This document shows positions 61,151 to 64,000 of a stretch of DNA of 64,000 bases, piece by piece. Origin of the DNA: Podarcis erhardii (taxonomy: Eukaryota); NCBI GenBank assembly GCA_964252035.1, contig OZ176207.1, one strand, 5' to 3'. Numbering within the stretch: the first letter of the stretch is position 1; every line of letters begins with the position of its first letter. The notes under the pieces were generated by a model, which saw nothing but the letters and a program-made list of their open reading frames with translations, ran no database searches and was not told the DNA's origin. The position numbers and the translations under genes are program-made.

Positions 61151-62639
61151 CAGATTTCTGGCAACAAGTTACCCCATTATATTATTGCTCTGTATTAAGG
61201 TTCTCCAAGACAACTGCCTTGCAACAGTCCCGTCCCCCCCACTTCTCCAGTACTGGACACAGCATGGATTGCTGTGGTAAATTTCTGTTTGATTCCTCTA
61301 AATCACCAGGCCCATACAAAATGAATGTGATCATGTCCAAAGTTTATAAGACTAAGGACGCCGGTGTGCAACAGCCTTTGCCAACCTCATGCCCTCCAGC
61401 AGTTTTTGAATTTTTTTTATCAGTCTCATCCTTTATAGCCTTGTTGGCTGAGGCTGATGGCAGCTGTAAGCTGTAAGCATCATGAGGGCAGCAGATTGAG
61501 GAAGGCTGTTGTGCACCAAGCAAAAATTATTAAATGAAACTTCTCATCATCTTTCCTCACCTTACTGCCATTAAGTTAGTATGCTTGTTCAGAGGATAGT
61601 AATACATTCTGAGGAAATATATATAATAAAATGGCCAATTGTATCTTTTATTAGGATATTTTGATCCTAAGAGCTCTCGGGGTGCAATCCTATATACACT
61701 TATCTTGGATTAAGGCCTGTTGAACTCAGCAGGGCTTCCTTCTGAGTAGATCCATGTAGGATTGTAGTGCACTTTACCTTGAGCTCAGTGGGAGTTACTT
61801 CCAAGTAAACGTGATTAGGATCAGACTGCACATTACGTACATCTATGGCCAGACTTGTCTCAGTTCAGAAGAACCAAAATTATTGACTGCATGAAGAAAA
61901 ACAAGCGAATTGACACAGAAGCTGTTGCTACTCACAGCTTGTATTAACAAAATAGTTTACATGCTTCAAGTGAGGAAACTGCTCCCCTCCCCTAAAAATT
62001 CTGTGCATGTGCCATATTTTTCCATTTAATTTTCTTATGCCTTGAGTATATCTTTCCCACTGTGGCAGATGCACAGAAGCAATCATGAGAGCTGCAGTAT
62101 GTTTTCCCTGAAATATTAATTGTAAAAACTATTCTTCAGAATTGTATGTTAACAAAACTGATTGTCACACTGTGGAAATTAGGATGGTAATTTCCCCCTA
62201 AATAATACACAAAATTATGTTTTCATATGCTTTCCCAGAACCCTTTCATACCCATAATGTTCTCAATATGGGGCTTCTTACAGTATATTATAAATTAGCA
62301 TCAATTACTATAGCTCACAGCATTGTCAGTCTAGAGACAGAGACAACAGAAGTCACATAACGTTGTACCACCAGATGCTAGGGGACACCTTGTGCACTTC
62401 ATGAATTTTCAATTGAAAGGCACAGTTGCCAGTTAGAATAATTTATATCAATTCTATACAGGTGTAGTTTGTTTAGCTCCTATTTAGCCAATCACTCATA
62501 ACCATAATAGCTGGTTTTGTTGCACCAAAGCAAATGCTTGGGTTTCCTGTTGTTGTTTTGCCACACTGTGAAACCTAATATACAACTGATACATGATTTG
62601 AGGTGGAGAAAGCAAGTAAATTTTATAGGGGTTATTGGC

Positions 62640-63274
62640 TGATTCCTAACTGGTCCCAAGACAGGAGCAAGCTAGCAGTAAATCACACCAAGAAAGTTGG
62701 AGTTAACTCTTTATTAGCAAAAACAGGATCTACACAGGAGTGTCAGACCTAATGAGCATAGCAACTCATTTCTGGCAGGACTTGCCCCCATGAAGCAGTT
62801 GCAGAGACTGCAAGTTCCCGCCTCCCCGCAGCTGCCTAAGTCCCCTCCTCTCCAGGGTTTTCCCCAAGCAATCTGACACAGCAACTGTGTGTAGCTAACA
62901 TCTCCTCCACCCTTTTCATGACTCTCCTGGTTCTGAGAGACATGGGGGGGGGCAGAAGAGGAACTTGTTGCAGCAGGAGGGGGAGACACTCATGCCTCTT
63001 CAACAGTTGGACTCTGCCTCTTGACCTCCCTCCTCTCCTGCTTCAGCTTCTGCCTCTGCTTCTGGCCTCCTCTCTGCCACAGGCTCCCCCAGCTCACTAA
63101 GCCCTGTTACCCCTTCAGCTTCTGACACCTCCTCCTCCCAGGCTTCTTCCTCTTCTCTCTCTGACCACCGATTGTCATCCCAGCACCAATCCCCGGACTC
63201 TGAACCTTCTTCCTTTTGGGGGTTCCCCAGCTGGTTCCTCCCACCATTCCTCTTTTTCCAACCAGTCCATGATA
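62640..63274 (-). mobile_element. Probable solo LTR (Gypsy-like)
   Basis: The minus strand starts TATCATGGACTGG (TG-like start mutated), has a purine-rich U3, then ctAATAAAgagttaact, and ends near ...atCA. No clear TSD; boundaries approximate. Confidence 0.6.
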
Positions 63275-64000
63275 TCTCATGATTCTTTGTGCCAGACCAT
63301 TCCAAAACACACTGAGTTGGATCCAGATTTGGGGTTGTATTCAACACTGTTGTTCCACTTGCATAATAGGCTTTTGCTTGCACGATGGAACTTCCCTGTC
63401 CTCTCTTCTGCAGCCCCCACCCGTTCACTCTCGAAATGTTTTTCCACGTGGTTGAGAAACCCTATAGAACAGTTTTGTGGGTCCTTGAGGAAAGGTGAGG
63501 AATAAGTCCCACTGCACAAGCAGAAGTCTTGAATAAGTAGAACAGCAGCATTGACTACAACTAGTGCTATTTTTCTAGAAAAAGAAGTGCTGGAACTCAC
63601 CATGAACATCTCCCTCATTCTCTTAGAATGGCAATGGCACCCACCTGAGAGTTGTCAGAACTGAGTTCTGGCTGAGAAGAAGCCCTTAGTTTATTGCGCT
63701 TGGTCACCATTGAAATCAGCTGGGCACATTAATAACTTAAGTCCCGGAGATTTCTGTCTCCTAGATTTGAACAGACATATCCATATGACTCCATGCTCTA
63801 GAAGAATGGCTGGAAAGGGAGGAGAGATGTAGAGAAATGCCAAAATAAAAGGCTATAGAAAGAATAATCACATTATCTGGACAAGTCGCTTCTTGTACAT
63901 AGTAAGACGCTATTTTAAAATGTCCCCAGGGTTGCAAGTGAGGATTGCTCATAGAAATAAACTCAGAAATCCAAGATTGGGAGCCAATGTGTACTCACAC

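Noticed and set aside
63000-63618. Glu-rich 142-aa ORF and adjacent 113-aa ORF
   Set aside because: The first is the purine-rich U3 region of the LTR-like element. The second has no recognisable homology or splice support.

Overview
Squamate genomic DNA, most likely from a lacertid lizard judging by the Sauria-type SINEs and other repeat families. The window contains the whole TAF4B gene on the minus strand: 15 coding exons from ATG 56582 to TAA 10598, all read with canonical GT-AG boundaries and consistent phases, about 876 aa. The first ~5 nt of exon 11 fall in an N gap. A CpG-island promoter lies at ~56.1-57.2 kb. About 2.4 kb upstream of the TAF4B start codon, head-to-head on the plus strand, is an intact, intronless MCTS1 open reading frame (59008-59553), i.e. 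a retrocopy. A consensus splice donor at the island edge (57247) and an acceptor just before the retrocopy leader (58830) suggest it is transcribed from the TAF4B bidirectional promoter. Both leaders contain short uORFs, the substrate class of the MCTS1-DENR reinitiation complex. The rest is intronic or intergenic DNA with CR1 and L2 LINE fragments, SINEs, hAT and Tigger-like MITEs, LTR pieces, microsatellites and three assembly gaps. All comparisons to other species are from memory of the families; no database searches were run.
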